Assembly: GCF_036321535.1 (NCBI RefSeq)
Contig: NC_087436.1
Coordinates: 83,516,001-83,580,000 of the forward strand
Direction of reading: 5' to 3'
DNA length: 64,000 nucleotides
From: Camelus dromedarius
Taxonomy: Eukaryota
The position numbers and the translations under genes were made by a program. Below the pieces are notes generated by a model that made no database searches, was not told where the DNA came from, and worked only from the letters and a program-made list of their open reading frames with translations. Shown piece by piece: positions 1 through 14,243 of this stretch (positions are counted from its first letter, which is position 1; each line of letters opens with the position of its first letter).

Positions 1-707
1 TCCCTCTTGCTCCCACACTTCGTTCACGTAAACACAGTGAGGGTGGAGGCTGGCAGCTCTTTTAATTGTATCAGTATCAGTACATTCTGCCCTCTAGTGC
101 TTAGTGGGCTTCTAACTCAAGATTCAGAAGTATCTATGTCTAAAAGAGACTTTAAAAAAAATCTTTCGTGCATGTCAAACTACAGTTTTGCCTAATAGAT
201 CTAATAGTTCTCTACTCTTCCTTCCTTCTTTGTAGAAGATACCTGAAGCAACTAAAAGCTGTGAATGACCAGTATTGATGGTTGCCTTCCAATCACTCCA
301 TCCTCGTTTGTACTATACTACAGTACCGACAGCACATGAACCTGTTGCTTTGGAACCATCTGTTGGGCTTTACTTTCACGTACATGCATAGCTCATCCCT
401 TTCCATTCAGAATCTAAGTGCCTCCAGGGATTGTCGGCTATTTCTCATTTTCTTTCATGACACTCCCTACTACCACCACGACCCTCATCATACCCAACAT
501 AGTAAGCATTATCCCCGAAGTGATCGATGCTCACTTTTTAGCCCCAATTTCCTTTAGCTAAAGCTATAGCTCCTTGTCATGGCCACACACCACAGCCAAA
601 TCCCAGAAAAACTGCATAAAAGAATGCCTTTGTTCTTAAGGGAAATTGATGAGAAGAACCTTCATTAATCAATGAATGAATAAAGGAACACACAAGTAAA
701 CACACCC

Positions 708-935
708 TAATACTTACTGAGGGCTCGCTATGTTTCAGACACTGTGCTAAGATTTTATTTCCTGTTTACTATAACCTCTCGAGCCTCTTCATTTGAAAAC
801 AGAGAAAAGAAAACAATTGTACCTACTTCATGGAGTTAAGTAACTCGCTCACAGTCATAGAGCCAAAAAGTAGATCAGCTGGGATTTGAACCAAGAAAGT
901 TTAAGCTTAGAGTCTAAGCTCTTAATCACTACACT
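708..935 (-). repeat. MIR SINE
   Basis: Degenerate MIR motifs (cactgtgctaag...ttaagtaactcgctcacagtcatagagc...gggatttgaacc...ctcttaatcact). Confidence 0.7.
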
Positions 936-1580
936 CGACTTTCAATCTATCACTTACTAGAAGAAACACTCACTAGAGTCATCTTCGTGTACGGACGCCT
1001 GGACTTAGGTATTTAACTTTGCTTTTAATTACAACCATTTCTGCCTCACAATGCCTGTTATTCATAGAGGTTCCCCAGTTACATAACCAACAATAAATCC
1101 TTTGCTTCTCTCTGTCCTTAGCTGGAACAGGCTGTCCCTGCTTTTGATGCTTTGTGGCTCACCCTCTGTAAATTCAACACTGTATAATTAACTCCTGTAT
1201 GCCACTTCTCAATACAGTTACAAAACCTTGGTTTTGGGAGCAGGGGCCAATGTGAATAACGACTCTGGGAGAACCTACCTAGAAGAGGGCAAAGAATACA
1301 GGTCTGTAAAAGATACTAAAAACATGCCAAAGACATAGAAGTATAATTAGCCCATCGTTCCCCGTGCCATCTCAGAATGAAGAGACGTATTTCCTCCTCT
1401 CCTCCCTTCTTTTGACACACACTTTTGACCCGAACTTCTTTTTTCTTACTAAAGCACACATTGATATTTTTATGTTCCTTTTTGGGGGGTAGGAGAGAGG
1501 ATGAAAAAAAGCGAGGAAGAAAGAGACAAGGAAATGACAACAAATGGGACCAGGTTCTGAGATGCCTAACTCTCTAAGTA

Positions 1581-1752
1581 AGTGCTTCTCAGACTCTAAC
1601 GTGCGTCAGAGTCCCCTGGGATCTTGTTCAAACACAGATTCTGATACAGTAGATGTAGGTTTAGGGAAGGGGAAGCAGGGAATCTGCATTTCTAACAAAT
1701 TCCCTAGTGATTCTGATGCTGGTGGTCTTTGGAAGACACTGATTAGCAAGGC
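1581..1752. mobile_element. MER5-type hAT-Charlie MITE
   Basis: agtgcttctcagact...gatcttgtt...cagattctgat...aatctgcatttctaacaa...tgattctgatgctg. Confidence 0.75.
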
Positions 1753-2149
1753 TCCAACTGCTTGCAACTAAAATTCTTTAATATTTCAAAGACTTACATA
1801 TCACAATTGTCATTTTAAAACATTCTAAGTTATGAAGGTATGATTTGGAAAGCTTATGCTAAGCTGAGTTAAAAGACAATACATAAAAATTTCCCTCAGA
1901 GCTTAAAAAAAAATGACCTAAGCTATTTAAATCAGTCTAAGAGGGCCTTTCTCAGGATGCAAAATAAGTGAATAAATCAATAATACTAAGTAATTAAATC
2001 ATATATTTTTTTGCTAATACATTGATCTTGGATCAAATTTGTGATATTTATTTTTTTTTTTTGTGCTTAATAGTTCCTTTGGAATTTGTGGTATTAATGT
2101 GTCCATACTGACAAGCTTTTAAAATACAATTTTTCTAAAGAGTGTATTC

Positions 2150-2330
2150 TGAGAAGAGAACGTTTTCCATTGGGAATCAGAAAAGAGAAGTTCTGGTCTT
2201 GGCTCTATAGTTAACTAGCTACAATCATAGTCAGATTGTTGGTTAGCTTGGCTGCTTTGGGTTGGTTTCTTCATGCAGAAAATGAAAGCCTTGGCTAGTG
2301 ATCTCTGTGATTTTCTTCTAGCTCTAAAAG
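2150..2330 (+). repeat. MIR remnant
   Basis: ggaatcagaa...gttctggtcttggctcta...actagct...gtttcttcatgcagaaaatg. Confidence 0.5.
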
Positions 2331-4499
2331 TTTATAAGACTATCTCAGATTCAAGTTTATTGTCCTAAAGTTTAAATCATTACAAAAGGTTATAACTGCA
2401 TATTTAGTTTAATGACAGTGTCACTCATAATTAGGGCTTTTCAGATACCAAAATGGCTTTGGTCAAGTATCTAATCACCTCCATAGTTCCTGTGGGATGG
2501 CTTAACAATTCATCCAGAACAAGATTTCTAAGAATGTTTAATGTCAGAAATAGGGACTGCTTCCATTGCTACAACTGGCTTATGAAGGTAACTCTAAGAC
2601 ACTAACAAAAAGGTAATAAGCAAATAAGCCAAAGTTAAAGATACTGATTTTCTTCATCTACATGTAGCTTGTTTTTTATCCCCTGCAGAGAGCTAAGAAT
2701 AGTGAATTTTTTCAGAGCCCTTGACTGATCTGTGAAGAAAACTTCTTACTTACACAATATAAACACTTGAATATGGAAGAGTTCACTTCCTAATGTTGAT
2801 AAAGATTCAAAACTAAGAAGCCCATGTGCAGACTCCAGCACTACAGTCAACTTCATTACCCAAGCCTACTTAAGTGATAGTGCAACTGAATTTTCTACTG
2901 GAATGGTCATTCAAAAATATATTCTAAGCCTACTTAGAAATATAGTCTATGACATAGTTAAATATATTTAGTCTTTATTTCTATTAGCAAAACATGTCCA
3001 TAAGGTGATTATGCTCAGCAATATTACTCTATAAAATTTGCATGTGATAAGATGCACAGAATGCCTGTTGACAAGTTATTTTTTAATTAGATCTCTTGAT
3101 GTGAAATACAGAAATCTTGCAAATCTACTGAAACCAGATGTCTTGAAGAGGCATGTGTTCTCCTTTTCTGTCTATTCTCTTACTTCAGTTTATTCTCTTT
3201 TCTGTGATGTATAAAATCCTTCCTGTAAAATATTGTTTTAATAGGAACCATTAGGACTAAGAGAATTAGCCTTTTTCTCCAGAAGATAATATTTACATTT
3301 TCTCTATTTTTTAATGAGTAAGGATTTAAAAGACAATTATGTGATGTTTGTTTAAGACAAGGAAAGAAGATCATGTAAGTAACTTCAAAACATAATAAAA
3401 CTCTTAAATTTTCTATTTAGTAGAATATGGTATTTTTAGTATCTTCTTAAATCACTAAAAGTTGATACACAGTGTTAACATTATAAGATGACTCTAATAT
3501 CATTTCCTTGTAATTGTATAACGAATTTCTAAATTAAACTATTTCCATGATTTTAGTTTAGTTCTCCACAGTATCTTATATTAAAACAAATACATGCAAT
3601 CCTCATTATTTATTAACTTTGCTTTAACTTTTAGTTATGATTATATGTAGAAATTTAATGGAGCATTTATGGGTATTTAGACTTTGATAAAAATTGCATC
3701 ACTGTTTTGTGGTGGTGTTTAGATCGTTAGGATTTAAGAAAATCCTCACATTTTTATTTTAAATTATATACTATGCATATAATACAGAACATAAATTGAA
3801 AACACACTACAAGGATATGACTCAGTAGGAGGAAAATATTTATCCTCATACTTTATTGAAACTCACACTCCTATTCCTTTAAAATAAGGATTGATTTTAA
3901 GAAAAAATTATTTTAATTCTTCACTCCTGCATTTAATACTCTATTAAATATTTTCTAACAAATTAAATAGATCCCATCAAAATGTCAAAATACCTTTTGT
4001 ACACCTTCATTCAGGCCCTAATTATTGGAGTTTTCAGTTTTACATATTTAGCATGTTTTACATAAAAAGAAATTCAGAGTTTTTAAATTTCTAGGCCAAG
4101 GTCTTCATAAAGCAAAATTAGATGAAATAAGAGTTCACTATAGATAGTATGCATTTACAGATGAGGAAATTGAGGTTCAGAGAGGTTTAGTATCTCACTC
4201 AAGTTTACTCAGCTCTGATTCTATCTCATGTAATGTGGCTTCAGAGTTATGTCCTTAATAAAAAACATCATCCTTATCCTCAAATAATGCTGCTATTCAT
4301 GTAAATCTTTGGCTATACATGTATTTATTATTTTAGGATTAGAACAGATTACAGTAGTATTTTCTGCATTCAAGTGAAATTTTCTTCTCAAAGTTTATGC
4401 ATTTCAGAAATTTTAATTTCATCTAGATTTTCATGTTTTTCAGTAAAAATTGCACAAAGCACTCTATAAAACTACTATTCCCCTCACAGCAAACTTTAG

Positions 4500-6480
4500 T
4501 TCTGATTATTAGCACTGTTCCTCTTTTTTCTTAAGTTTACCAGAGGTTTTTTTATTCTTTTCATTTTCACTCCCAAAGAACAAGCTCCTGGATTCAAACA
4601 TCAGTTCTGCTCTTTTTCTGTTTTCTTTTATTATTACTAAATTCTTTTAGGTTTCCAAGAGGTTGCTCTTCTCCTTTTTAGAACTTCTTGTTCTTCACAA
4701 CATTGTAAACTGATTAGACTTCAATAAATTTTTTTTTTAAAAAAAGAGATTCTTATTCTTAATGTGTAGCTTATTTATTTTCAATCTTTTTAAGAAGGCG
4801 AAGCTACCTCTTAAAAACAGCTTAGATCTCATTCCACAAATTTTGATATGTATTTTTTCCCTTTTTCTTCTGTACTTGAAGTTTTTATTTCCTGTTTGAA
4901 TTTCTTCCTCCCTTTAGGAGAGTTTTCATTGATTGATTGAAACTTTTTTGTTATTAATCACACTGTGGTCAGAAAATGTGACTGCTAATATTTCTACTCT
5001 TCCAGAACTTTTAGATAGCCAAGTAAGTTTTTGAAAGTAATAGGAATGCTTAAGCCTTATTTGTAGGTTGCAAAGTTTAGTATATGTAATGACTCTTTAT
5101 TTTAAATTGTATTAATTTTATCTAATTCTCAGTGCTATTTTATAAATTTTACTTGTTATAGACATATAGATGTATATATGTTATATACTTCAAATGTGTT
5201 CACATGTTTTTCTTTGTTAACTGAAGAGTTTAAATTTATATGATTTAATGCAATGCTATTTTATACACACTTATTATTTATAACCTTTATATCTTTAGTA
5301 TGGATTCTGCCTAATAAAGTAAGAATAGATTTGTCCTGTTTAATGGATTTGGCTTTGAACTCTAGATGTTCTGGTATTGATATTGCTATCTTTGCTTTCT
5401 TTTTGTTCACATGTATCAGAGATAAATCCTGAATTAATCTTTCTGTGCCATTTTGGTCTAGGTATAGCTCTTCTGAGCAAAAGATAGTTCAAGAAGTTAT
5501 TTTTTAAAAAGCCATTTTTAGCTTTTATCAAAGAATTTAACCCATTTACACTTATTGTCATAGCTGCTACATTTGTTCTAGTTTTTGGTTTTTGCTTAAT
5601 GTTTTGTAATTTTGGAGCTTCCTTTTCCTTTAATTTCTGTCTTTGTGTGTATCTTCTGAGGTTATTTGGGATACAGGAATCCTATGCACAATTCTTGTCT
5701 CTCACACCCTATATCTGTAACTATTAAAACTGAAACAAAACCCCCCAAAACAACCAAAGAAAACAAACAAACAAACAAAACAAATCCTTGAAACTCTTGC
5801 TTCCTGCTTCTACTCTCCTACCTCCTATACAATATAAGAGATTTAGAATTTCATTATTTCTTTGCCCCTCCACTAATGATTATAACCAGGTTTATACTGC
5901 TTAATTAAAAATATGTTTTGGGATTTACCTCTCAATTAGCTGGGCATATATTAGTGTTGATTTCCACTTCTACTTCTATCAGTATGGTTTATTCTTTAGA
6001 ATCATAATTTTCAGGTTGGCTTTCTGCTCTCTGACCTTCATAGCTAATATTATTTCTCTCAGTTTTTCTTTATTCTTTTCTTTTTCGTTTTGGAAAAGCT
6101 TCTCAAGTTTTGCTTTCATCACGTACTTGTTTTACTTTAAATCACTGCTCTTTACTGCTTTCCAAAGTTTTAAAAATCTCTGCATTTCTAGGCTCCCCTT
6201 TCCCTCATTTCAGCTGTTTTTCTGTGTCTCTAGACTTTTAATTCTAAACTTACTCTCCCCTTACAGGTTCCTACTCATAGTTCAAAAGGTTGTTTACATC
6301 CCCGAGCATTTTGGAGAAGATTGACAATATTACTTTCCAAGTTTTCATGTGAATCATACCAAAAAACAGTTGTCTCAAATCTGTTTCTACTCTGAGTCCT
6401 CAGGGCAAGTCATCCTTTCCCTTAGTTTGTAATTTCTCTTTATGGATTCCCAAAGAGTTCTCGTGTTTAGTGGTTCATAA
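4500..6480 (-). mobile_element. Old, highly decayed L1 (L1ME/MD-like) fragments
   Basis: T-rich strand with L1 ORF2 antisense motifs (cacaaattttgatatgt, cactgtggtcagaaaatgtg, gaatttaacccatttacacttattg). ORF 5340..5561 resembles the endonuclease start (ISVNGLNSLIK). Confidence 0.6.
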
Positions 6481-7724
6481 GGGGGGACCATCAATTCAGG
6501 CAGAATCATTATCAAAAACTTGGCTGGGTAAAGTTTGTTCTGAATTTATTTCATTGTCCCTTGGCTATGGGCAGATGCCCCCTCTTGGATTTAGACTCTA
6601 AAAGCCAGAATATGAGCCTGTCCTGGAACAATCTATAATGTATACTTGAATGGACTTGCTGTTTGGTCCAATTTTATGATTTAAGCTGGAGAATTTGAAA
6701 CAAATTTGTAGTTGTCTTTGCGCAGTGTACACTTGAAAGCATGCATTAAATTCAATAATCTCCTTGCCTTTATCCCTTTCTCAAATGTTTTTGCTAGGTA
6801 ACTGAGCGTCCCAGGGGGTTGACCCCTCCTCTCTATTGTTCTGTGTACTTAACATTCTAGTTTCTAAATGGGAGGTGACAAAGAATATACAACTCAGCTC
6901 TGGATGGTTCAGAAAATAAGTTTCTGCTCAGCTGAGGGAATATCACTTGATTTTCTGGTCAGTGCAGTAGACACTGGAAGGAATCCAAGTCAGTTTTTTT
7001 TGTTTTTTTGTTTTTTCCCCTTCCTTTTATCCTTGTGGTCACTGTATTGTTTAGATGGTGAAACATGAAGCCAGCAAGGCAAAAATATGTTTCTCCAATC
7101 ATCCTTATTGATGATGTGACCTCTAACATATGGTTTTCTTCTTTATCATTGCTATAAAACTGTCTCTAGTTTTCATCTTTCGTATCATAATTAGAATTTA
7201 AATGGGAAGCTGGAAGTATTTACATCAGGCAAAGCTACTCTGCTACCCAGAGGTTTACATTTCATTAAAATCTTAAGTTCTTATAAACAGAAGTCTATAG
7301 CAAGGCAGGAGACTGAAAAATGAAGCAGCAAGAAATCTAGACAGAATGGCTACAAAGGTATCATTTTCTACAAGTTAAATATTTCCTTTGCTTTTTCAAG
7401 CTGAGAGGAGATATGAAGAGAAGCATAAAAATATAAACATTTATATAAGTTATCTTTGTTTCTTAGTATAGCCTAAATATATGTTTAATATCTTAATTAA
7501 CATTGATAGAATTAAATCAAGAATTTCTACTTATTGGTTACTATGCAAGAAGTATGACTAATGATCCTCAGATGTCAAGAACTCAATAATGAATCCCTGA
7601 ACAATGGTACCATAAACAGTAGTAAAGTTTATAACCATTCTTCAGTATAAAATAATTACATGGTTGGCCTGGTTCAGTGGTTTTTAGCTAGGGATATACA
7701 TCAAAATCTCCTATGACGCTTTTT

Positions 7725-8427
7725 CCTTCAAATTATTTTTGCTGTGGTAAAATACACATAATATAAAATTTACCATCTTAATCTTAACCATTTTTAAGTG
7801 TACATCCTGGGGCATCAAGTACATTCACATTACTATGCAACCATCACTATCATACATCTCCAGAACTCTTCTCATCCTGTAAAGCTGAAATTCTGTATTC
7901 ATTAAACAGTAACTCCTGATTCTCTCCTTCCTCTCAGCCCCTGGCAACCACTCTTCTATTTTATGGATCTATAAATTTGACTACATTAGGTACCTCATAT
8001 AAGTGGAATCATGTAGTATTTGTCTTTTTGTTATTGGCTTATTTCACTCAGTATAAATGTCCTCAAGGTTCATCTATGTTGTGTACTTGTCAAAAGTTCC
8101 TTCCTTTTTAAAGGCTGAATAATAAATGTATAAACTGCATTTTATCAGTGCATCCAGTGATGGACATCTGGGTTGCTTCCACCTTTTGGCTATTGGGAAT
8201 AATGCTACTATGAAATGGGTGTAAAAACATCTCTTTCGGACCCTATTTTCAATTCTTTTGAGTATATACACAAAAGTAGAATTCCTGGATCGTGTGGTAA
8301 TTCTAAGTTTAATTTTTTGAGGAACTGCCGTTACTATTTTCTCTAGTGGCTGCACCATTTTACATTTCAACCAGAAATGCACAAGTGTTCCAATTTCTTG
8401 TCATCTTTGCCAGTACTTGTTATTTGC

Positions 8428-8459
<32 letters not shown>

Positions 8460-9049
8460 TAAATATCAGCCATCCTAATCGGTATGAGGAAGTATCTCAT
8501 TGTAGTTTTGATTTGCATTTCCCTGATGACAAGAGATGTTGAGCATCTTTTCATGTGCTTACTGGCCATCTGTATATTGTTCTTTGGAGAAATGCCTACT
8601 CAAGTCCTTTGTCCATTTTTGAATTGTGATGTTTGTTTTGCATTGTAGAGTTTTAGGAGTTCTCTATCTCTTCTAGATATGAATCTATTATCAGATACAT
8701 GGTTTGCAAATATTTCCCAACCATTTTGTGAGTTGCCTTTTCACTCTGTTGATAGTTTTTTTTTTTTTGATGCACAAAATTAAAAAAATTCAACCAGTCC
8801 AATTTGTCTATTTTTTCCTTTAGTTTTCTGTGCCTTTGGTGTCATACCTAAGAAATCACTGCCAAATCCAATGTCATGTAACTTTTGCCCAGTGTTTTCT
8901 CTGGGAGTTTTATGGTTTTAGCTCTTATATGTAGATCTTTGAACCATTTTGAGTTAATTTTTTGTATATGGTGTTAGGTAAGTGTTCCACTATATGCTTT
9001 TGCATGTGGATATCCAATTTTCCCTGCACTGTTTGTTGAAAAGTTTGTT
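7725..9049 (-). mobile_element. 5'-truncated L1 (L1MA/MB-type 3' end) inserted into a MER5-like element, with target-site duplication
   Basis: Typical L1M 3' UTR and ORF2 C-terminus. TSD ctatgacgcttttt (7711-7724) / ctatgacacttttt (9050-9063). MER5-like halves at ~7675-7720 and ~9064-9135. Confidence 0.9.
8428..8456 (+). repeat. (TG)n microsatellite within L1
   Basis: Direct reading. Confidence 0.95.
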
Positions 9050-9139
9050 CTATGACACTTTTTGGAAATATGGACAGCCAGCCCTCTTGAGACTCAGAAT
9101 CTTGGCTAGTGAGACCCAGGTATCTTTAATGAGTGCCAC

Positions 9140-9365
9140 ATATTTTACATCATAAAGACAGTATTATAAATAACCAGAAAATGACACATGTTGACAAGAA
9201 TGTAGAGAAACCGGACACTTACGCATTATTAGTGGAAATGTACTTAAAATGGTTAAGATGGTAAGTTTTATATATGTGTATTTTATAACAATTAAAAATA
9301 ATTTAAAATGGTTAAAACAGCAAATTTTATTTTATTTATATTTAACCACCACCTAAAAAAACCCA
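9140..9365 (+). mobile_element. Internally deleted L1M 3' fragment
   Basis: aagaatgtagagaaaccgga...cttaaaatggttaagatggtaagtttta... with a repeated terminal segment. Confidence 0.55.
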
Positions 9366-10694
9366 AAAGAGCTCCATAAACAGAAATCATGTACTTCCTC
9401 TGTTTAGAAATGCTATTCTAATCAAAAGAGATAAGGAAAAAACAATTTTAAATATATATTTATCTGTGTCTAAAAACACTTGAAACATCTAGCTGACTTT
9501 ATCATCTTGGGAAAAAAATCAAGTAGATAATTAAATAAACAGCCTGCTTGTTTATTCTACATTTTAGTCAGTAGCCCGAAACGGGCTTATAAACAAATAT
9601 AATGTCTGGTAACTATCCCAACTGATACTAAGAGCTTTTAACCTCAAAATGATAATTTAGATAATTAAGCATACATTATGCTTAAGGAGAAAAATAAACT
9701 ATTAAAAACTTAATAAATATTACCAAAAAAAAAATCACATACATACAAATTCTAGCACAAATTCATCCAGGAAAGGTAGTCCTCAAAAAGCCATCCAAAG
9801 ATGAGTTAGAAAGAATTTTTCTACATATCAAGATAGAAGTAGTATAATTTCCAAATCCCATCAAATGTCTATTTTAATCTGAATTTATCCAAAGCTTAAT
9901 TTTTCCTTCAACATACATTCTTCAGTTAGAAGACTTTCATTAAATTGATGCTTCCTAGATTCTAGAAGAAAAATTAACAAAATCCTAAAGAATGAATTTG
10001 TGTGCCAAACAGCTAACTTAGAAATAAATCTAATTGATGTTCCTAATTCAAGAAAATTAGAAAACATATGAAATACTGAAATTGAAATCTGCTAAAATAG
10101 TAACAGCTTCAATCAGCATCATGAATTTAAAAATTTGGGCTAAAATTGATAAACACTATTGATTTCAGGGTTTCAATGAGGCATACAATAAGAAAGGGAA
10201 AAAGAGGAGGAGACTCAGTGCAGAAGCTAGAAGACAAGTGTTAGGTAAGCAAGGAGTCACCATTCAGAGGCCAGGTGAGCTGTTTAGAGCCCAGTGAGTA
10301 AGACTGGTTACAGGTATGCAACCCCTGAAGCACACATTCAGGATTCTGATAAAGCATAGGCAAGGACGGGTTCTAGGTATCCAGCCTACATGTATAGTCC
10401 AGGAATTTATAAAGAAGGAATTCAAGGGTCGAAATCAGATGTGATGGGATGAGGACAGGACCTGATCCTGGCCATAAGGAACGTTAAGGTATTGCAGGGG
10501 TGAAGGGAAGCAGGTAGAGATGAGGAGGAACAGAAAGTGGAGATCAAGAACCCTAGTTCCAGTGGAAATAACAACAGAAATCACGACCTGGGCTTGCAGA
10601 CACTGAAGACTCAGACAAACAGAAGGAGAACTAGCAATGGATCCCAATCAGATCTGACTGGGTGCCAGGCAGAAGAACACCTATGGCAAGTTGC

Positions 10695-11758
10695 TGTCAC
10701 GCTAATCTGAGCAACTGACGTGGGGCACCTTTTCTGGGATTTCAGCCTAGACTATCAAAGAGGCCAGGGTACAGGCAACTTTGCCAAGCATGTTCTTCAC
10801 CTTAGGTATGCAGGTTCATGCTTATATAGTGGCAATCTCACGGAGGGTTTGGCATAACCTGTCCTTCCCGTTCATTACCTTAATCACTTCAACAGGGCGG
10901 GTCATCACTAATGAGCACCTAGGGAACAATGACACCTACTGTTTGAGCTACTGTAGCTGCAATAAACTTGCCACATGGGATGGCGGCAGGTATAGATTTG
11001 TGGCTACGATTTCTTTCCTTTGCGAAAAAGGACAACTGCCTCGGTGGTGAGTTAGGTTAGGTTGGATGACGACTGAAATTAGGGAAGCCAGAGTTCTTAT
11101 CACAGAAGATCACTTATCTAGAATGAGAATATCTGAGTGCAGGTTTATTTATAAGAGCCCTACCTTATTACAGAAAGGATGGAAGGCAGTTGAAGTGTAC
11201 AGGAGACTACCATGTGGTTCAGCCATGACTGTTAAAAGGGAATAGCAATCACAAAAAATGAAATTCTACAAGGTGAGAGGTGAAGCAAGGGAATGACTGA
11301 AACAGCCCCCTGTGTTCTCTGTTCCTGCATCTCAGGCTCCTTCCCCTGGCCTCAGGAAGTCCTGGAACCTCCACCAGTGCACTGCAGCCTCTTTATGTTC
11401 TCCATCTCTAACCCAGACACAGACCCCTCCATGTCGTTATAAACAATGCACCTTATCTCCCTTCTGATGGCTAGATGCCTGTCTGAGCTTCTGTTTCTGA
11501 GTTCCTTTATGGACCCTCTATTCTCCTTCCTCTGAACCTGGAGGCCTGCTTTGCCCTCATCTTATCTCTGTTTTGATCTGGTCTACCTGAAGATTGCTCA
11601 CTCCCAAACTTGCAGACACTGAGCTATGCCATTCTACCTTATGTTGGACCCCTCAGGATAAACCGCCAAACTGAATACCCCACCACTGAATACCCCATCC
11701 CCTCTGCCTGGCTTCTTGTGGCTGAATCTACTCTGGCGAGTATCCATCTCAGCTGACA
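10695..11758 (-). mobile_element. Probable ancient solo LTR (MamGypLTR/ERVL-like); a similar purine-rich LTR-like block lies at ~10150-10694
   Basis: Bounded by inverted TGTCA...TGACA termini, GC content above flanks, minus-strand AATAAA near 11145. No clear TSD. Confidence 0.4.
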
Positions 11759-14201
11759 GGTCTTATCTCCTGATTGGGCCTTTCCTCTTCCGAAAAAATC
11801 TGACCAATCAGCACTGCCAATGTATAATATTTAGCATTCAATATTCCTAAGCCAGGGAAGATACCATTTTGCAACAACCAATCATTTTTTACTTTTCCAA
11901 GGCACAGTAAAAATTATTTTGGATTTAAAAGAGCCAATTTAGTTTTTTCATCATGTTAACAAATCATTATGAAATTTATTAGTCTTGCAGTAACTCCCCT
12001 TACTAACAGTGCAGCAAAGGAATTGTAATCAAATGGGATGGAAAGGGATGGAAGGCAAGGACTTTACAGAAATGTAGTTAAATATATTTAAAACATTTAA
12101 GCATTCATTTGCTATTAGAGGTAGTGCAAAAAACAGTGTACTGATATATAAATTAAATTTTCCATGGACATATTAATGTTCCTAATCCAAAAAATATAGA
12201 ACTGAATCATAATTAACAATCATGTTTTCTTTCTTCTACTTAAATTCTGTATAGAACAGGCTAGTAAAAGTTAATCTCAAGCCAGCCATGCAAATGATTT
12301 GGAAAAAAAGTTTCATGTTTTATCAATAGATTCTCCCTGCTTCATGTCAAGTGGGTAAAAAAAGAAAGCTAAAGTAATTCATACGAACCTAATTCTTACA
12401 TAATTTCTATGATTATCAACTATGTTATTCAGAAAAAGAAACTACATTTGAAATTTTAAATTTCAGGCCAAAGAATTACTAGTTTTGCATTTACAAAATA
12501 CGTCCACTTAGTTTAAATTTCCCTTATATGAAAAGAATGCTTCCCAGTAACTTTTCCTCTTTCTGCAACTTTACCTCTACTGCAAACGCAAACTAGTATG
12601 CACATTTATTTTTCCCCCTACTTTGATCACATTTTAGTTTTAATGACTCTGAACACTAAAAGGTCAAATAGCTTCCATCGAGAGTTCAGTAGTGATTTTC
12701 TTTACACTCTTTTACGTTCATTTTGGAAGTACAGAATTTCTTTTTCCAGAGTACATTCTTAGTCTAGATAATTACAAAATGTATCATATTCTAAAACACA
12801 ATTATGTGTTTTTGAGGACTCAACGACTTATAAGCCCATTTAAAACCCTATCCATTTTTTAAAACAGTGGTAAAAAAAAAATTCAATACTAGATAAGACA
12901 TAGACTGATGTTATCCAGAGTAGTAAAAATAAGATACTCAGAGAATAGTTCTCACTAGTTGTCATGATCTGGTGCTATAGTCTTCCATACTATGTAAAAC
13001 TTAATTTCCATTAATATATGATAATCATTTGTTTGCTATTACTGTGTGCATCCACATAACGAACACTGGAGTCACCGTGCACCCAGCAACAGCCCCTCAT
13101 GTGTTGACAGTGGCTGCACCGTTGATAAGAGCCTATGAACCAGAAGATGCTGATGTGGTTGGCAGGACACCAGGATGAATCAAACGGACCACCGTGTTGT
13201 CTCAAACTGAAACCTCAAATGTTCCCTCTCTTGCCACAAAGTGATTATGCAACATGCTTCAAGTCGCTAAAGGGCAGAACACTACTGCAAAGCGGTTCCT
13301 TGGCCAAGTCTGAAGTCCTATGACACACTTCTGAACTATGGTGGCTGAATTAAAATCTAAATCTAACTCTGAGACTATTGCAACAAACCAGACTCAAAAA
13401 CAGACAAGCAACAAACAAAATATGTACCTCTTATCTTGACACTGCTTTTTAAAAAGTGGATTTCAAAGTTGAGGTAGGTTAAAAAAAAAACTTCAGCAAT
13501 TTTAACTGTAATTTATGTGATCATATTCTTTTCAAATATATTTTCTAAGCCTTTAAAGTGGGTAGATAGTAAGGAAAGAAATGCAGTAAGTAAGAAAAAC
13601 CTGGCTCAAGGTTGTGACCTAAGGGGGACGGTTCACAGAAAATCACATCAATACAACAACTTTTTAGTCTGGAGAGAAGTGATCTCATCTAACATCTACT
13701 TTGAATTCTGTAAACTTCCCTGTTTTAAGAGTTGTCATTCTGGCTTTATAAACTTTAGACAACAATCCACGAACTTGCTAAATGTTAGTTTCTCACACCA
13801 CTGCTATATAGAAGATGATCTAAGATAACCCACAACTTCTTCAGCAAGTGAGCCTTGTGCTCAAAGCCCTCCTCTATCTGTATACAGATTTTAAAATTTA
13901 GGTTACAGCCTCATCATCAGGCCGTTTTGGAAATTAAAATGACTACCTTGACATTTCTGAATTTAAACCCAAGTATCCTATTTTAGTCTTTTCAACTATA
14001 TTAAAATTCGTTTTCAAGATTTTTTTAAACACAAGAGAAGAAAAATATAGCATGAACATTACGATGAGGGGTTCTAATAAGCGTGGTCTGGCCACAGGAT
14101 AGAATATTCTACTGAAAAGAATTAACATGGGAAAATAAACCCAAAGAAGCCTTAACCCTCCTCCGTTCCCCATAATAGATCAATAAAAATCAAATAAATA
14201 C

Positions 14202-14243
14202 CTCAAGTAGAAAGGTGACATGGGTCTTTCATCTTCCTGGGAA
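14202..14243 (-). CDS. FAM13A: FAM13A shared 42-nt exon (SSQEDERPMSPFYL(S))
   Basis: ttttattttccttttAG|T TCC CAG GAA GAT GAA AGA CCC ATG TCA CCT TTC TAC TTG AG|GTattt. Matches recalled human SSQEDERPLSPFYLS. Phase 2-2. Confidence 0.95.

Noticed and set aside
9573..9587. Small hairpin AGCCCG-AAA-CGGGCT
   Set aside because: A 6-bp stem is expected by chance in 64 kb; bacterial terminator logic does not apply
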